Shown here piece by piece: positions 1 through 10,480 of a stretch of DNA of 64,000 nt. The position numbers and the translations under genes are program-made. The number at the start of each line of letters is the position of its first letter. Positions within the stretch are counted from its first letter, which is position 1. Source of the stretch: a virus. Lineage: Duplodnaviria > Caudoviricetes. The stretch spans positions 27,429 to 91,428 of IMG/VR virus record IMGVR_UViG_3300007516_001784, one strand, 5' to 3'. Below the pieces are notes generated by a model. It had not been told where the DNA came from, made no database searches, and saw nothing but the letters and a program-made list of their open reading frames with translations.

Positions 1-915
1 CTTGAGGCCGAAAAAAAGGCACAACGATTCTTAGCACGTAAAAAATCCCTCCAAGTCCAGATTGACGCTACGCTCGAAAAGAAACGAGTCACGCAATCTA
101 AGCGTAACGAGTACTTCATTAATAGTGCGGAGTACTATGCGAGCGAGATAGCCGCCAACACTCTTGTGCGTCGTGTCGCCCACAACTTAGATGGCACGGT
201 ACTGTGGCCCACAGACGCATCTTTCCTCTTTTCAAAGCAATATCATCATAGCTTTGTTATTTATATCACGAATGCAGTACTGTCCGAAGGCATTCTGCCT
301 ATCGACGAAATTCGTGAAGTTGCTCGTTATCCAGAGTGGCGTTTAACGTGGGTCTTGCAGCGTGAAAACTTACATGCTGTTTTTAATCGCTCTGTTGGTG
401 ACTTGACTATCAATCAAAAACTCCTTATTTATTGGAGTCGCATTTATGATTCTGCATTCGAATCTGCTGAGCCACCCTCATCAGACATTGTAAATGATGA
501 TGACAAATTTGATGCATGGCTAGCTAATCGTGAACTTGCCAGTAAAGAGTCGCATGACACAAAGCGTCTTGGAGCGAAAGATCATAATGAGAGAATGCAG
601 GTACTTGATGGCGAATACAGTCAAACCTGTAATTGTGGTGCGAAAGCCAAGAACGTTGGCAAGGGACTTGGTGAGCGTACACAACATGGTGTGGCTTGTC
701 CATGGGGTACATTCCGTCGATACACAGTACAAGAACGTGAACAGATTGCACGACAAATCTATTCTCGTAATTCAGATCGCGTGAGAACTATTATTGAGAA
801 TGAACAACAGACCGTGATTGCTAAGGGTGAAGTTGAAGAACATCATCTACGTGGTACAAAGACACGCCACATGTTAGGCATGAAAACGGACATAGTGTCT
901 ATGCATAAAAAATGA
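1..915 (+). CDS. Hypothetical phage protein, possible tail assembly chaperone (5' truncated by window)
   Basis: Frame 1 is open from base 1 (LEAEKKAQRF...) through the track ORF 166..915; lies in the operon upstream of the tape measure gene. Confidence 0.6.
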   Translation, partial: LEAEKKAQRFLARKKSLQVQIDATLEKKRVTQSKRNEYFINSAEYYASEIAANTLVRRVAHNLDGTVLWPTDASFLFSKQYHHSFVIYITNAVLSEGILPIDEIREVARYPEWRLTWVLQRENLHAVFNRSVGDLTINQKLLIYWSRIYDSAFESAEPPSSDIVNDDDKFDAWLANRELASKESHDTKRLGAKDHNERMQVLDGEYSQTCNCGAKAKNVGKGLGERTQHGVACPWGTFRRYTVQEREQIARQIYSRNSDRVRTIIENEQQTVIAKGEVEEHHLRGTKTRHMLGMKTDIVSMHKK

Positions 916-1466
916 AAAAGCAAAATCAATCACTAGATCAGTTAAGTAAAAGTCTAGATCGTAGATCTCGTCACTTGATGGTGCAGACCTTACAGAGATT
1001 TGAAGACTCTTTTCCAGACGTAGACAACACACGTCAAGGACAGGTTTTTAAAGCGGATCTTCGCAATATGTTTAATGATGTCATGCGTGCCCAAAGGGAC
1101 GAATTAAACGATTATGAAGTTGAGTATCGTCCTCTACGAATGACAGATAATGGCACTTTAGCTATGACTCAATCTTTCATGCAGACGGTGCAGAAGGTTG
1201 AATTTGGCTCTAGAGGTTCTGTACCATTCATGAAAATCTATTCTAGTACCGAGTACTCTCGTGTCTTAGACGCAATTCGTATCGAGTTTGATGCTGGCGT
1301 TCTACATTACAACACACCCCAAGAAGTGATATTAGAAGTCGTTGGTGCTCATGATTGCGTTAGTGTATTAAATGTCATGGACCGATACCGTCTTCATGAG
1401 AAGACGGGATTGATCTATCGTGAATGGCGGAGCAAGGTTGTTAAAGTATATCAGGAGCAAGGATGA
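912..1466 (+). CDS. Hypothetical protein (184 aa)
   Basis: ATG overlaps the previous stop; tightly packed operon; no recognisable motif. Confidence 0.65.
   Translation: MKKQNQSLDQLSKSLDRRSRHLMVQTLQRFEDSFPDVDNTRQGQVFKADLRNMFNDVMRAQRDELNDYEVEYRPLRMTDNGTLAMTQSFMQTVQKVEFGSRGSVPFMKIYSSTEYSRVLDAIRIEFDAGVLHYNTPQEVILEVVGAHDCVSVLNVMDRYRLHEKTGLIYREWRSKVVKVYQEQG
1360..1369 (+). promoter_or_regulatory. TTAGTGTATT motif, putative late promoter (intragenic copy)
   Basis: Exact copy of the motif found at gene boundaries 11097, 11405, 21974 and 60458; ~95 nt upstream of the 1463 start. Confidence 0.4.
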
Positions 1467-2209
1467 TCACGGAGAGAGCATTTCGAGCGGTAGACCGCTT
1501 TGGGGCACAAATGGACTTTACGGTCTCTACCCCCACACTAGCGATTGAAAATGAAGGCGATCGTCAGTATCGTATTGCCTATAGTCAATCTTTAACACAA
1601 GGCGTCTTTCCACGCAACAAGATGCGTGAAGTGATGCGTTCACATGGTATGTGGACTGATGAAGATGACCGCATTATGCGTGAAGAGGTAGCTAACTTAG
1701 CTATTTTGCAAATGGAGCTTGAACAAGCTCAACTCAAAGGTAAGCACGAGCAATGTCTTGAAGCTGCAAAAAAGATGCGTAAGCATCGTTATCGCATGTG
1801 GGAACTTTTCATGATTCAGCAGAGCGTGTATATGAATTCTGCCGAAGGTATTGCCGAGCTTGTTAAAGCCGAAGCTATCATGGCGGCATGCACTATGATT
1901 AAAGCTACTGGTCAACGTTATTGGGCAACGTACACTGACTTTGTTCGTGAACGTGACGAGAGCACACAATCAACTGTTTACATTAAAGCGGTAGAAGTAC
2001 AGAATGGTCTATTGCTTGAAATGCGTGACACGATCGAAGAAGGTCATGCAGAGAACAGATATCTCAAGGACGCAAAACAAGCAATGTTTGATCGTGACAT
2101 TGAGGAACGTGTAGAAGCAGAGCTTGCATCACGCAAGCAGAAGGCATTAGAGCAAGCCGATGACAATGGGACTGGATTGGACAATCGAGCTGATCAACCC
2201 TCTGAATAA
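1463..2209 (+). CDS. Putative tail assembly chaperone
   Basis: Helical, charged 248-aa protein two genes upstream of the tape measure gene; positional inference only. Confidence 0.5.
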   Translation: MITERAFRAVDRFGAQMDFTVSTPTLAIENEGDRQYRIAYSQSLTQGVFPRNKMREVMRSHGMWTDEDDRIMREEVANLAILQMELEQAQLKGKHEQCLEAAKKMRKHRYRMWELFMIQQSVYMNSAEGIAELVKAEAIMAACTMIKATGQRYWATYTDFVRERDESTQSTVYIKAVEVQNGLLLEMRDTIEEGHAENRYLKDAKQAMFDRDIEERVEAELASRKQKALEQADDNGTGLDNRADQPSE

Positions 2210-2816
2210 GCTGACGATTCACGCCGATAGAGCGTGGGAACGCAGCATGAAAGAGATTGATCAGTGGATGCGAAAAGAACTTATTCCTGCCATGGTTTAT
2301 GGTGGAATGGGTATCGTTGGCATTGGACAAACAGATTTCTATCGGTATATTACTAGTGCTCGCGGCCTTAGTGAACTTGGTATCGAAGCGTCGGAACCGC
2401 CTAAGCTTTTGAAGGCTTATGCTACTACGGCTTTCAAAATAGTAGTAGGCAAAAAGCAAATCATTTTACAGTTTGGTAATTATGCTAAACTGAAAGCCGC
2501 AACGCCACATCCAGCAAATGGTACTGGCAATCTTCATATCGACTCATGGTTAGAATGGGTTGAAGGCAAGGAAGTCAACAGAGGCTTTGTTCCGCGTTCC
2601 AAGCTTGATAAGAACGCGTCGAAATCAATTCGTTTGGGAGATCCGCTTGGTGGCCTAATGCTTCCTCGTGGAGCATATGGTAGCGTAGGGTTGTGGCGAT
2701 TTCCAACACAACTAAGAAGCTATGAACAAAAATGGGTGACACAGAATATCGCCGTGATTCAAGAGTTGATCACTAAAAAGATGTTATCTGTCTTCATTAT
2801 GAAGTTGGTGACGTAA
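2160..2816 (+). CDS. Hypothetical virion/tail morphogenesis protein
   Basis: 218 aa; stop overlaps the tape measure ATG (TAATG). Confidence 0.55.
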   Translation: MTMGLDWTIELINPLNKLTIHADRAWERSMKEIDQWMRKELIPAMVYGGMGIVGIGQTDFYRYITSARGLSELGIEASEPPKLLKAYATTAFKIVVGKKQIILQFGNYAKLKAATPHPANGTGNLHIDSWLEWVEGKEVNRGFVPRSKLDKNASKSIRLGDPLGGLMLPRGAYGSVGLWRFPTQLRSYEQKWVTQNIAVIQELITKKMLSVFIMKLVT

Positions 2817-5800
2817 TGGCTAGCAGAATAGAACTCGAAGCAATCTTAAGATTTGTTGGCGTTAGGATTAATGCCAATGTATTTAGTAACATTAGTCGTG
2901 CGGCTGCCGGTATGCCTGGGCCTGTACAGCAATTCAATCGTCACTTAAATCAGAGTGTCAATGCCGCCAATAATGTTAATCGTTCTGTTCGTGGCATTAA
3001 TTCTCAGTTGAGTGGTAGTGAAAAAGCGGCTCGTTTGTTCCTTCAGCGTATGGCTCAGTTTGCTATTCTGTTGCCGACGTTCGCCACTTTAAATAAGAGT
3101 ATTCAGGGTGGTGTGAAGTTCTTATTTGAATTTGATGCAATCATCAAGGATATCATTCGTACCGATATTAATGTGATGACTGGTAAGTTTGATGAGATTG
3201 CTAAAAGTGCTTTTGCATTGTCTAAAGAATTTGGAAGTAGTGCGATTGTCGCGGCAGAAACAATCAAGACATATGTGCAGGCTGGTAATAGTCTAAAAGA
3301 AGCTAATGAGTTAGCTCGTTTGTCAATTCTTGCTACAAAAGCATCTACCCTAGACGCTGCTCAAGCTGTTGAGTTTTTACTTTCTGCTAGTAAGCAGTTC
3401 GGACTTGAGGGTGAAGCTCTCGCTAATTCTCTTGACGCTCTTGTAAAAGCGGAAGACTTGACCGCTCTTGAAGCTCGTGACATTGCCGACGCTTTTAGAA
3501 CTGGCGGTAACTCTCTTGCTGTATTTGGCAAGGATATTAATGACTCAATCGGTTTGATTTCTGCTTTGCGTGAACAAACACGTAAGTCAGGTAATGAAAT
3601 TGGTACGTTCTTTAAGACGTTACAGACACGTATCTTTGCTGCTGGCGAATCACGTTCGGCAGTTGAAGGTCTTCGCGTCTCTGTTCAAAATCTTGATGGT
3701 AGTCTACGTCCCACGCTTGCTGTTTTGAATGATTTGCAGAGGGCATTTTTTGGCGTAGAGGGCGGTGCCAAGGGATTATCTGAGGGAGAACAAGCTAATG
3801 CGGCTAAGGCTATTGCTGGCGTACGTCAGTTTGAAGAATTGATTGGTACTCTAAAGTCTCTTGATCGTGCTAATGAGATTGCTGCCGAATCATCTAATGC
3901 GGCAGGTACAGCACGTGAAAAGGAAGCGGTTGATGCAACCAAGCTTCAACGTCGCTTGGACGAATTGATTGTCGCTGGACAAGAATTGTCACAGTCTCTT
4001 GGTAATGCGGGTGCTACTGATTTTTTCAAGAATGCTTTAAAGAGCGTGACCGGCCTTGTGGACGGTATGACCCTGATTGTTACTCTTCTTGATAAATTCA
4101 AGGTTCCCATCTTACCGATTTTAGCTCCTCTTGCTGCCAAAGGTCTTGATACCGTTTTTGGTCTTGGGCTCACGGGTGGTAGACCTGGAAGTCCTGGTGG
4201 ACGTGGGGGCGGAGGCGGAGGCGGAGGCGGAGGCGGAGGCGGAGGCGGAGGAGGTCCGCTTGGATTAAACACTGCTGATCTTGCTGCCAATACTGCTGCA
4301 TTAAAGCAGTTAACTGGCGTGGTTTCAGAGCTTGTGCAACATATTAAAATGGCATCTGGTGCCTACAGCAATCAAGCAGCCGCATCGCAGTTGGCTATTG
4401 CGGCAACCAATGTACAAACAAGGACCGTAGAGGTGCAAGCTCAAGTCACACGAGAAGCGACATCTGCTACGCAAGCGTTTACGCAACGCATGAGGGCAGC
4501 TCTCACCACTCCGATTGGCGGTACAGGCAGGGGAGTGGGAGCTGGTAGTGGCGTTAGGACTGCTGCCATTTTTGCTGCGTTAACGATTGCCGGTTCGGCA
4601 GTTACATCTGGTCTTAATCATCTTGCTGATAACCTTGGATCACAAAGTCCTGTTGCTTCGTCATTAACTAAAACAACAAGTGCTGCTGTACAAATGGGAA
4701 TTCAATTTGCTGTCTTCGGACCACTAGTCGCTGGAGTTGCGGCTTCGTTTGGAGCACTTTGGGACGCTGGATCGCGTTTTGTTAATACGATGGGAGATAT
4801 GAACGACGCTTCCAAGGACAACATTAAGCTAATGGTAGATAGTGCTAAGGAGGGTGCTGGCCTTGATAAGGTTGGTAGGTCTTCGGAAGCTGCTGCCGCA
4901 TTCGGCACTGCATTGGAAGGTCGAGCTAAGCAAAACGTTAACTACGATCAGGTTTTCAAGTCAGCATTTGATAGTATGGATACTGGTACAAAGAAGCTGA
5001 TTGGTAGTTCGGCTGCACTTAAAGAAGTGTATTTGACGAATAGTCGTGTTATCAATACAACAGTAACAGATTCATTTACTGGTGCTTCAAAGGTCGTTTC
5101 AAGTTACGTTAAGGGTGCTGGTGCCGATCTAATTAAGCAGTGGGCTTTTCAAGAAAGCGGAGCTATTAAGAATCAAGAAGCTCTTGATCTATTGCGTGCA
5201 TCGTATGATTCAACTGGTAATAGTACATATGTTTATCGTGATCAGCAAGACCTGATTGAACAAGCTTATGGTAGACTGGCTGTCGGTGCTGCTGATGCCG
5301 CTAAGCAAGTTGAATTTTTAAGATTAACGTTTGAAGATATGAAGGATCTGCAAAGTCTTATCGCGGCTGCTCAAGACGTGAATTCTATTAATCGTGATGT
5401 TTTGAATCAATCAAAGAAGCCAGAAGACTTGGCACAGGGTATTGACGCACTATCTCAGACGGCTCAAAACGCCAAGTCAGATCTGGCCAATGCTCAAAAG
5501 GCTTTTGAAGATCTACTATCTACATTGCAATTTGCTGGTGCCGACATATCACAATTGGGTGCTTTCTCAAGCATGGAAGAGGCCAAAAAGTTTCTCGGTG
5601 ACATTGGTGCATTACTTTCAAAGCCCAATAATGGTGCTGCAATCGCAAGTTTTCTTGGCGATAAAGACATGACGGACCCGCAGAAGAATTTTGCAAAAGA
5701 GTATATCAAGATTGAAGAAGATCGCATTAAGGCTACTTTGACAGCCAAAGAAGCTGAGGCTGCCTTTAGCGGCGAAGCATATAGGCGTAATCTAGAAGAG

Positions 5801-8206
5801 GCAAAGGCTCAAAAAGAAGCCGCCGTTAAGGCTGCCGATTCACTTGGCAAGTTCCGTTCGGCACTGGCTAAGGTAGGAGCCCAGGCCGCCGCCAGTGGTG
5901 ATACTAATCTCACTGGAGCAATCTCAGGTCTCAAGAGTGAAGATGTGCGAAAGGCTTTGGCTGGCGGTACAGATCTTCCTAAGGTCTTGCAAGAAGTGAT
6001 TGCGTCTACTTTCGTGAATGGAGTAAAGAGAGCCGAAACAGATCTTTCACAGGTTGCCGATGAATTGGCGGCTTCAATTGCCCCCATTACAAATAGAATG
6101 CAAGAGCTTCGCGACGAAATAGCCGCTCTTGGAAACGTTGCTACGAACACAGAGAAGGCGTCTAAGAAGGCTGAACTACAGCAAGAGCTTGCCGCTAAGG
6201 CACTTGAAAAGCAAAATGTAGAGCAGGATGCCTTCGTAAAGAGTCTTGAAGGTTTGCAGAAGCTGACGACTGAAGAAAAGAAGGCACAAGAAGAAGCTGC
6301 AAAAGCAGAGGCTGAACGTATCAAGAAGACTCAAGCTCTCACTGATGCCACAAGAGGATTCGCCAACTCTATTGATGATGTTAACAGAAGCTTTGAAGAA
6401 TTCTCGAAGCAACGCATCGACAATCTTGCAGAGAAGCAGGCCGGTGCCTATGATGAAGTGAAGTCCGCTCAACAGGGCGTCATCAGTGCTACGGCAGACT
6501 TGTCGAATGCATATGTCGAGTATATTTCAGCCATCATCCAAGTTAACGGCGTTATTGCCGAAGCTAAAATTAAGTCCAATCTACTTGGTCGCGACATTGG
6601 TATGCTGAACGGCAGCATTGTTTCTTTTCAAGATAAGCTTGGTTCTCTCGATAACGCATTCACAAGCGTTCTCGACGATGCCAACATGCAACTAGAACAA
6701 CGAATTGGTCTAGAGAGACAACTTGCAGAACAGACTCTATCGTTCTTGCAGCAAGCTCAAGATCAAATCACGAGTGCTGGTATCAACATCTTTGGACAAT
6801 CAGCTCAAGAGAATCAGGGGCTCCAAAAGGGCATTGCGGGCTTGACCTATGTAGCTGAGAAGCTCGGCGGATCATTCCAGAACTTCCTGGGAATGGACTC
6901 ACAGGAGATTGCCGGTCTATCGCAAGAGCTACTCAACTTACCAGTTGATTTCCGCAAACAACTCCTTGACGCCCTATCATTCCTTCCAAGCTCTACCTCG
7001 ATTGGTGGCTTTAGTGCCGATCAATTGAAGCAAGCTATTGGACAAGTTGGTGCGGGCGTAGCTCCAGAAGAAGGTTTACCAGCCATCTCTGAACTCACCG
7101 CTCAGCAAGTGGAGCAACTTAAGATCCTAGGACAGCTTACTATGGAAGAGGCTAAGCTGCAACTTAGTCAGGTCTTAACTGCACAGAAGCAGCTTGAAAA
7201 AGCTCAAGAGCAATTGGATATTTCCAAGCTTCAAGAAGAGCGTGCTCGTGAAGGATTTGAAATTGTACGTCTAGCGGTACTTGATGAAATGGCGGTTATA
7301 GACCAAGCCAATATAGAGCGTCGTGAACTATTGCAGAAGGTGATTGAAGCTGATAATGCTAATTCATTACACGAGATTGATACACAAGCTCAGTTGTTTG
7401 CTGATCAAAACAGAGTTTTTGGTGAAGTTGGAGACGCTGTTGTTGCTGGTATAGCACAAGCTGTTAATGCTAAAATTGCTATGATTGAATCTAGAACATC
7501 GTTTGATAACTTGAATCAAGCAGAGAACTTTGGTAATCAGGCTAATGGATTTATCCCGAATTTCGCTAATGGAAACTTGTCTCCTGGCGAAGCTGCCGGT
7601 ATTTTGCGTGCAGCGGCTCGTGAAAAGAAGATGATGCCGAATGGTGCTAACTTGGCTATTGCCAATGACCACGAAGCTATTATTCCGATGTACAAAAACT
7701 TTGCTGGTGGTAACGATCAAGGTAGTTCAATTGCTGCTAGCATCAATAGTATTCGTACAATTGATCAAACTATGGTTGCTGCGATTGCTCGTTCTGTTCA
7801 AAGTACACTTTCGCAAATTACAACAAACAGTGGTAGTGAGCAATCTCTTGACAAGATTGCCGGATTGTTAGTAGATCTCAATACAAGCATTGGACAAGTG
7901 CGTGATTCAAGTATTGCTATTAAGACGAACACGGCTGGTCTTGCTGCTACTACTGGTAGCAGAACGACCGGTGCTCCGTCTACTGCTGGTGGACAAGAAA
8001 TCAACATCAATCTACAGACAAATCAACAAAGCACTGTGCAAATTACTGGACTTGAGAACTTGCGTGATCAATTGAGAGCGGCATTGTCTGAGACAACAGA
8101 TAGACAAGTTGCCAAGCAGATTGAAGCATTGATGGTACAACTTGACCCTGTGTTCCAAGCATTGAATGAACGCGGTATTGTCAACTCGTTCGGGCAGTCG
8201 AGATAA
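2816..8206 (+). CDS. Phage tail tape measure protein
   Basis: 1796 aa, Ala/Gln/Leu-rich coiled coil; TP901-type core (AFALSKEFG...IGTFFKTLQTRI...RPTLAVLNDL...IAGVRQ); C-terminal GFIPNFANG motif. Confidence 0.9.
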   Translation: MASRIELEAILRFVGVRINANVFSNISRAAAGMPGPVQQFNRHLNQSVNAANNVNRSVRGINSQLSGSEKAARLFLQRMAQFAILLPTFATLNKSIQGGVKFLFEFDAIIKDIIRTDINVMTGKFDEIAKSAFALSKEFGSSAIVAAETIKTYVQAGNSLKEANELARLSILATKASTLDAAQAVEFLLSASKQFGLEGEALANSLDALVKAEDLTALEARDIADAFRTGGNSLAVFGKDINDSIGLISALREQTRKSGNEIGTFFKTLQTRIFAAGESRSAVEGLRVSVQNLDGSLRPTLAVLNDLQRAFFGVEGGAKGLSEGEQANAAKAIAGVRQFEELIGTLKSLDRANEIAAESSNAAGTAREKEAVDATKLQRRLDELIVAGQELSQSLGNAGATDFFKNALKSVTGLVDGMTLIVTLLDKFKVPILPILAPLAAKGLDTVFGLGLTGGRPGSPGGRGGGGGGGGGGGGGGGGGPLGLNTADLAANTAALKQLTGVVSELVQHIKMASGAYSNQAAASQLAIAATNVQTRTVEVQAQVTREATSATQAFTQRMRAALTTPIGGTGRGVGAGSGVRTAAIFAALTIAGSAVTSGLNHLADNLGSQSPVASSLTKTTSAAVQMGIQFAVFGPLVAGVAASFGALWDAGSRFVNTMGDMNDASKDNIKLMVDSAKEGAGLDKVGRSSEAAAAFGTALEGRAKQNVNYDQVFKSAFDSMDTGTKKLIGSSAALKEVYLTNSRVINTTVTDSFTGASKVVSSYVKGAGADLIKQWAFQESGAIKNQEALDLLRASYDSTGNSTYVYRDQQDLIEQAYGRLAVGAADAAKQVEFLRLTFEDMKDLQSLIAAAQDVNSINRDVLNQSKKPEDLAQGIDALSQTAQNAKSDLANAQKAFEDLLSTLQFAGADISQLGAFSSMEEAKKFLGDIGALLSKPNNGAAIASFLGDKDMTDPQKNFAKEYIKIEEDRIKATLTAKEAEAAFSGEAYRRNLEEAKAQKEAAVKAADSLGKFRSALAKVGAQAAASGDTNLTGAISGLKSEDVRKALAGGTDLPKVLQEVIASTFVNGVKRAETDLSQVADELAASIAPITNRMQELRDEIAALGNVATNTEKASKKAELQQELAAKALEKQNVEQDAFVKSLEGLQKLTTEEKKAQEEAAKAEAERIKKTQALTDATRGFANSIDDVNRSFEEFSKQRIDNLAEKQAGAYDEVKSAQQGVISATADLSNAYVEYISAIIQVNGVIAEAKIKSNLLGRDIGMLNGSIVSFQDKLGSLDNAFTSVLDDANMQLEQRIGLERQLAEQTLSFLQQAQDQITSAGINIFGQSAQENQGLQKGIAGLTYVAEKLGGSFQNFLGMDSQEIAGLSQELLNLPVDFRKQLLDALSFLPSSTSIGGFSADQLKQAIGQVGAGVAPEEGLPAISELTAQQVEQLKILGQLTMEEAKLQLSQVLTAQKQLEKAQEQLDISKLQEERAREGFEIVRLAVLDEMAVIDQANIERRELLQKVIEADNANSLHEIDTQAQLFADQNRVFGEVGDAVVAGIAQAVNAKIAMIESRTSFDNLNQAENFGNQANGFIPNFANGNLSPGEAAGILRAAAREKKMMPNGANLAIANDHEAIIPMYKNFAGGNDQGSSIAASINSIRTIDQTMVAAIARSVQSTLSQITTNSGSEQSLDKIAGLLVDLNTSIGQVRDSSIAIKTNTAGLAATTGSRTTGAPSTAGGQEININLQTNQQSTVQITGLENLRDQLRAALSETTDRQVAKQIEALMVQLDPVFQALNERGIVNSFGQSR
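4208..4249 (+). repeat. (GGCGGA)7 tandem repeat encoding part of a 17-Gly tract in the tape measure protein
   Basis: Seven perfect hexamers read directly from the sequence. Confidence 0.95.
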
Positions 8207-8208
8207 TC

Positions 8209-9726
8209 ATGGCCGACCTAATCTCTATCGTTACTCAACCACCGCAGTCAGCGGTTGAAGTCTTCTACAATGGACAGAAGATTGTACCCGCTCCGTTTAT
8301 TGATTGGACGGTCGAATCACAGTTCCGAAATGATGGAACTCGTGTATCCAATGTTAATAGATTGACGTTGACGGGCACCACGCTTATTGTACCTTCGGGT
8401 AGTTATGAGCAGATGTATCTTAAGCAGCAAGCATTACGCGATGTTTTCTCTGAGGATTATCAAGACTTTGTAATTCTTGCTGGCCCCGGCAATAAGACCT
8501 TGCCACTTGGAGCAATCATTGCTTCTGGTTTACGTCCTCGTATTAACAGTATCAATATCGCACCTGATACTCAAGTACAAAGATTTGACTGGACGATCGA
8601 GATGCAGGATCTCGTTGCCGCTTCCGGTGTAAGTGGCATCACCTCTAGTCTTAGCAATCAGTGGTCTTTTCGTGAAGATCAAGATACATGCACTCTTCGT
8701 GTAACTCACCAAGTAAATGCTGAGGGACCTGAAAACGAACCAGATAAGTTTGCACAAGCTATGGCTGCCGTTAAGCCATTACTTGGTATTGACAAACTTC
8801 CTCTAGATATTCCATACTTTGCTCAACCAAACTTCTCTGGTTTGTTTGGTATGACACATCCATCACTTCTTGGTGGTGGACCCGTTTTCGAGGTTTCTGT
8901 TCAGCGTGAAGAAGTGGCGGACATTGCCAATGGTAGCTATTCTGTTACCGAACAGTTCACAATTGTAAGTGGTGTACCATTTTACTTCACTTCTAAGACA
9001 GAATCTTTTCAAGAAGATGCTAATGGAATTGCCGAAGTAACGATCGCTGGTTCCGTACAGGGACTTGGACGCACTCTCACTCCTTTGGACGCAGAGGGTG
9101 GCGTAGGTTACTTTAGAGCAGCATCTGGATTTGCTAATTATGTTCGTCCTCAACTTCCATGGACTGCCTCTGGCGTTTACATACGTTTCAAGAGCGGTAG
9201 TGGTGGTGCTGGCGGTAGCGGACTTGCTCTCAATAACCCGACGGCGTTTTCGATCTCGCAGAATAAGTGTCGTGGGTCGATTGACTTCTCGATTACATAC
9301 ACTGATAATCCAAACGCTAATTTGCCAAGTGGTATTGCTAGTAAGACATCAAATGTAAATATTGTTGAAGGTACAAGAGTACAAGTTAGTCATCCTGTTC
9401 CGTTTCGTCGTCTTGGTAGTATTATCCAAGACATCAAGACGACTACAGATGGTAGCATTAACATTCAGTGTCAGGCTGTTGCTAAAAATACTGGTAACAA
9501 CACAATAGATACTAATTTGGCAATTGCATTTGTGCAAAATGAAATCAATAGACTCAAAGACATTTATGCCAACACTGCGAATTTTGTTACGTTACGAATT
9601 ACGGGCCTAAATCAACAGACGAGCGATATTGAGCGTAGCTGCAATGTTACTCTTGAATACGCCTTTACGATTGATCTTGCGACAGTGCAAGCGGTTGGAT
9701 CTACAATCACGCTAAGGACTTTGTAA
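8209..9726 (+). CDS. Putative distal tail/baseplate structural protein
   Basis: 505-aa beta-rich protein immediately after the tape measure gene; ~12 SG dipeptides. Confidence 0.6.
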   Translation: MADLISIVTQPPQSAVEVFYNGQKIVPAPFIDWTVESQFRNDGTRVSNVNRLTLTGTTLIVPSGSYEQMYLKQQALRDVFSEDYQDFVILAGPGNKTLPLGAIIASGLRPRINSINIAPDTQVQRFDWTIEMQDLVAASGVSGITSSLSNQWSFREDQDTCTLRVTHQVNAEGPENEPDKFAQAMAAVKPLLGIDKLPLDIPYFAQPNFSGLFGMTHPSLLGGGPVFEVSVQREEVADIANGSYSVTEQFTIVSGVPFYFTSKTESFQEDANGIAEVTIAGSVQGLGRTLTPLDAEGGVGYFRAASGFANYVRPQLPWTASGVYIRFKSGSGGAGGSGLALNNPTAFSISQNKCRGSIDFSITYTDNPNANLPSGIASKTSNVNIVEGTRVQVSHPVPFRRLGSIIQDIKTTTDGSINIQCQAVAKNTGNNTIDTNLAIAFVQNEINRLKDIYANTANFVTLRITGLNQQTSDIERSCNVTLEYAFTIDLATVQAVGSTITLRTL

Positions 9727-9727
9727 C

Positions 9728-10288
9728 ATGGTTAATTTCCCCACCCTGGAATGGATTCAGCAAAGTCTCGTCATTGATCCTTCTGGCTTCCGTCAATTGA
9801 AGCAGCCAGTCAATGGTTTTATTCGTAATGTTGATACGGGTGCGGGTGGGGTTCTAGATTTTGGTAGCATCAATACTACCGGCTCTGGTGCTATCAGCGA
9901 TACTAAGCTAGTGTACGCACGTATTTCAAGCATGGGTGATGCCAGTGGCGTATACAACATGCGTTTCTTTGTCACCAACGCTTCGTCTTTTACTGCTGGA
10001 GCGTACAGATTACTAGAACTCAAGAGCTTGCACTTCATTCCAAATATCATGTTGGACTCTGGTGCAAACAATACACCGACAAACGTTCCAACGAATGCGA
10101 ACTTCTTTGGTACGATTCAGACTCCTCATTGGCAGTCTGGTCAACCTTGGATGTCTGGCTTATTAGACGTGGACGTTAGTCAATATGCTTATCTCGCCGT
10201 TGAAGCCGGTGTAAGCGTACCAATTGGAACCAAGGGCGGTGCTGGTGCGGGCACATTTCGTTATCGCCTAATGTTCGATTTCTCATGA
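9728..10288 (+). CDS. Virion structural protein (paralog of 10459..11100)
   Basis: C-terminus SQYAYL..VPIGTKGGAGAGTFRYRLMFDF aligns with SEFVYL..FPLGSFGVCGSGLLRFGLVFNY. Confidence 0.6.
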   Translation: MVNFPTLEWIQQSLVIDPSGFRQLKQPVNGFIRNVDTGAGGVLDFGSINTTGSGAISDTKLVYARISSMGDASGVYNMRFFVTNASSFTAGAYRLLELKSLHFIPNIMLDSGANNTPTNVPTNANFFGTIQTPHWQSGQPWMSGLLDVDVSQYAYLAVEAGVSVPIGTKGGAGAGTFRYRLMFDFS

Positions 10289-10297
10289 AAAGATGTT

Positions 10298-10480
10298 ATG
10301 AATTTGTCTGATGACATCGTACTGAAAAAGGCTGGCGAACCAGAGGAGAACAAACTCCCCGTGGGAATCTATGTCATCACGTTTGACAATAGATTAGTAT
10401 TTGTACGTCGTTTTGCTGGACGTTTTGTACCCGTATCAGCACAGGAACAAGAAGAGCTATGTCAACAATTTCGCCTCTAA
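10298..10480 (+). CDS. Small hypothetical protein (60 aa)
   Basis: Fills the gap between the two paralogous genes; ATG start. Confidence 0.5.
   Translation: MNLSDDIVLKKAGEPEENKLPVGIYVITFDNRLVFVRRFAGRFVPVSAQEQEELCQQFRL

Noticed and set aside
2160-2209. Possible programmed frameshift joining tail chaperone genes (lambda G/GT type)
   Set aside because: The overlap is in the +1 relation and no XXXYYYZ slippery heptamer is seen in it
3946-4290. Minus-strand poly-Pro ORF
   Set aside because: Antisense shadow of the poly-Gly tract in the tape measure gene
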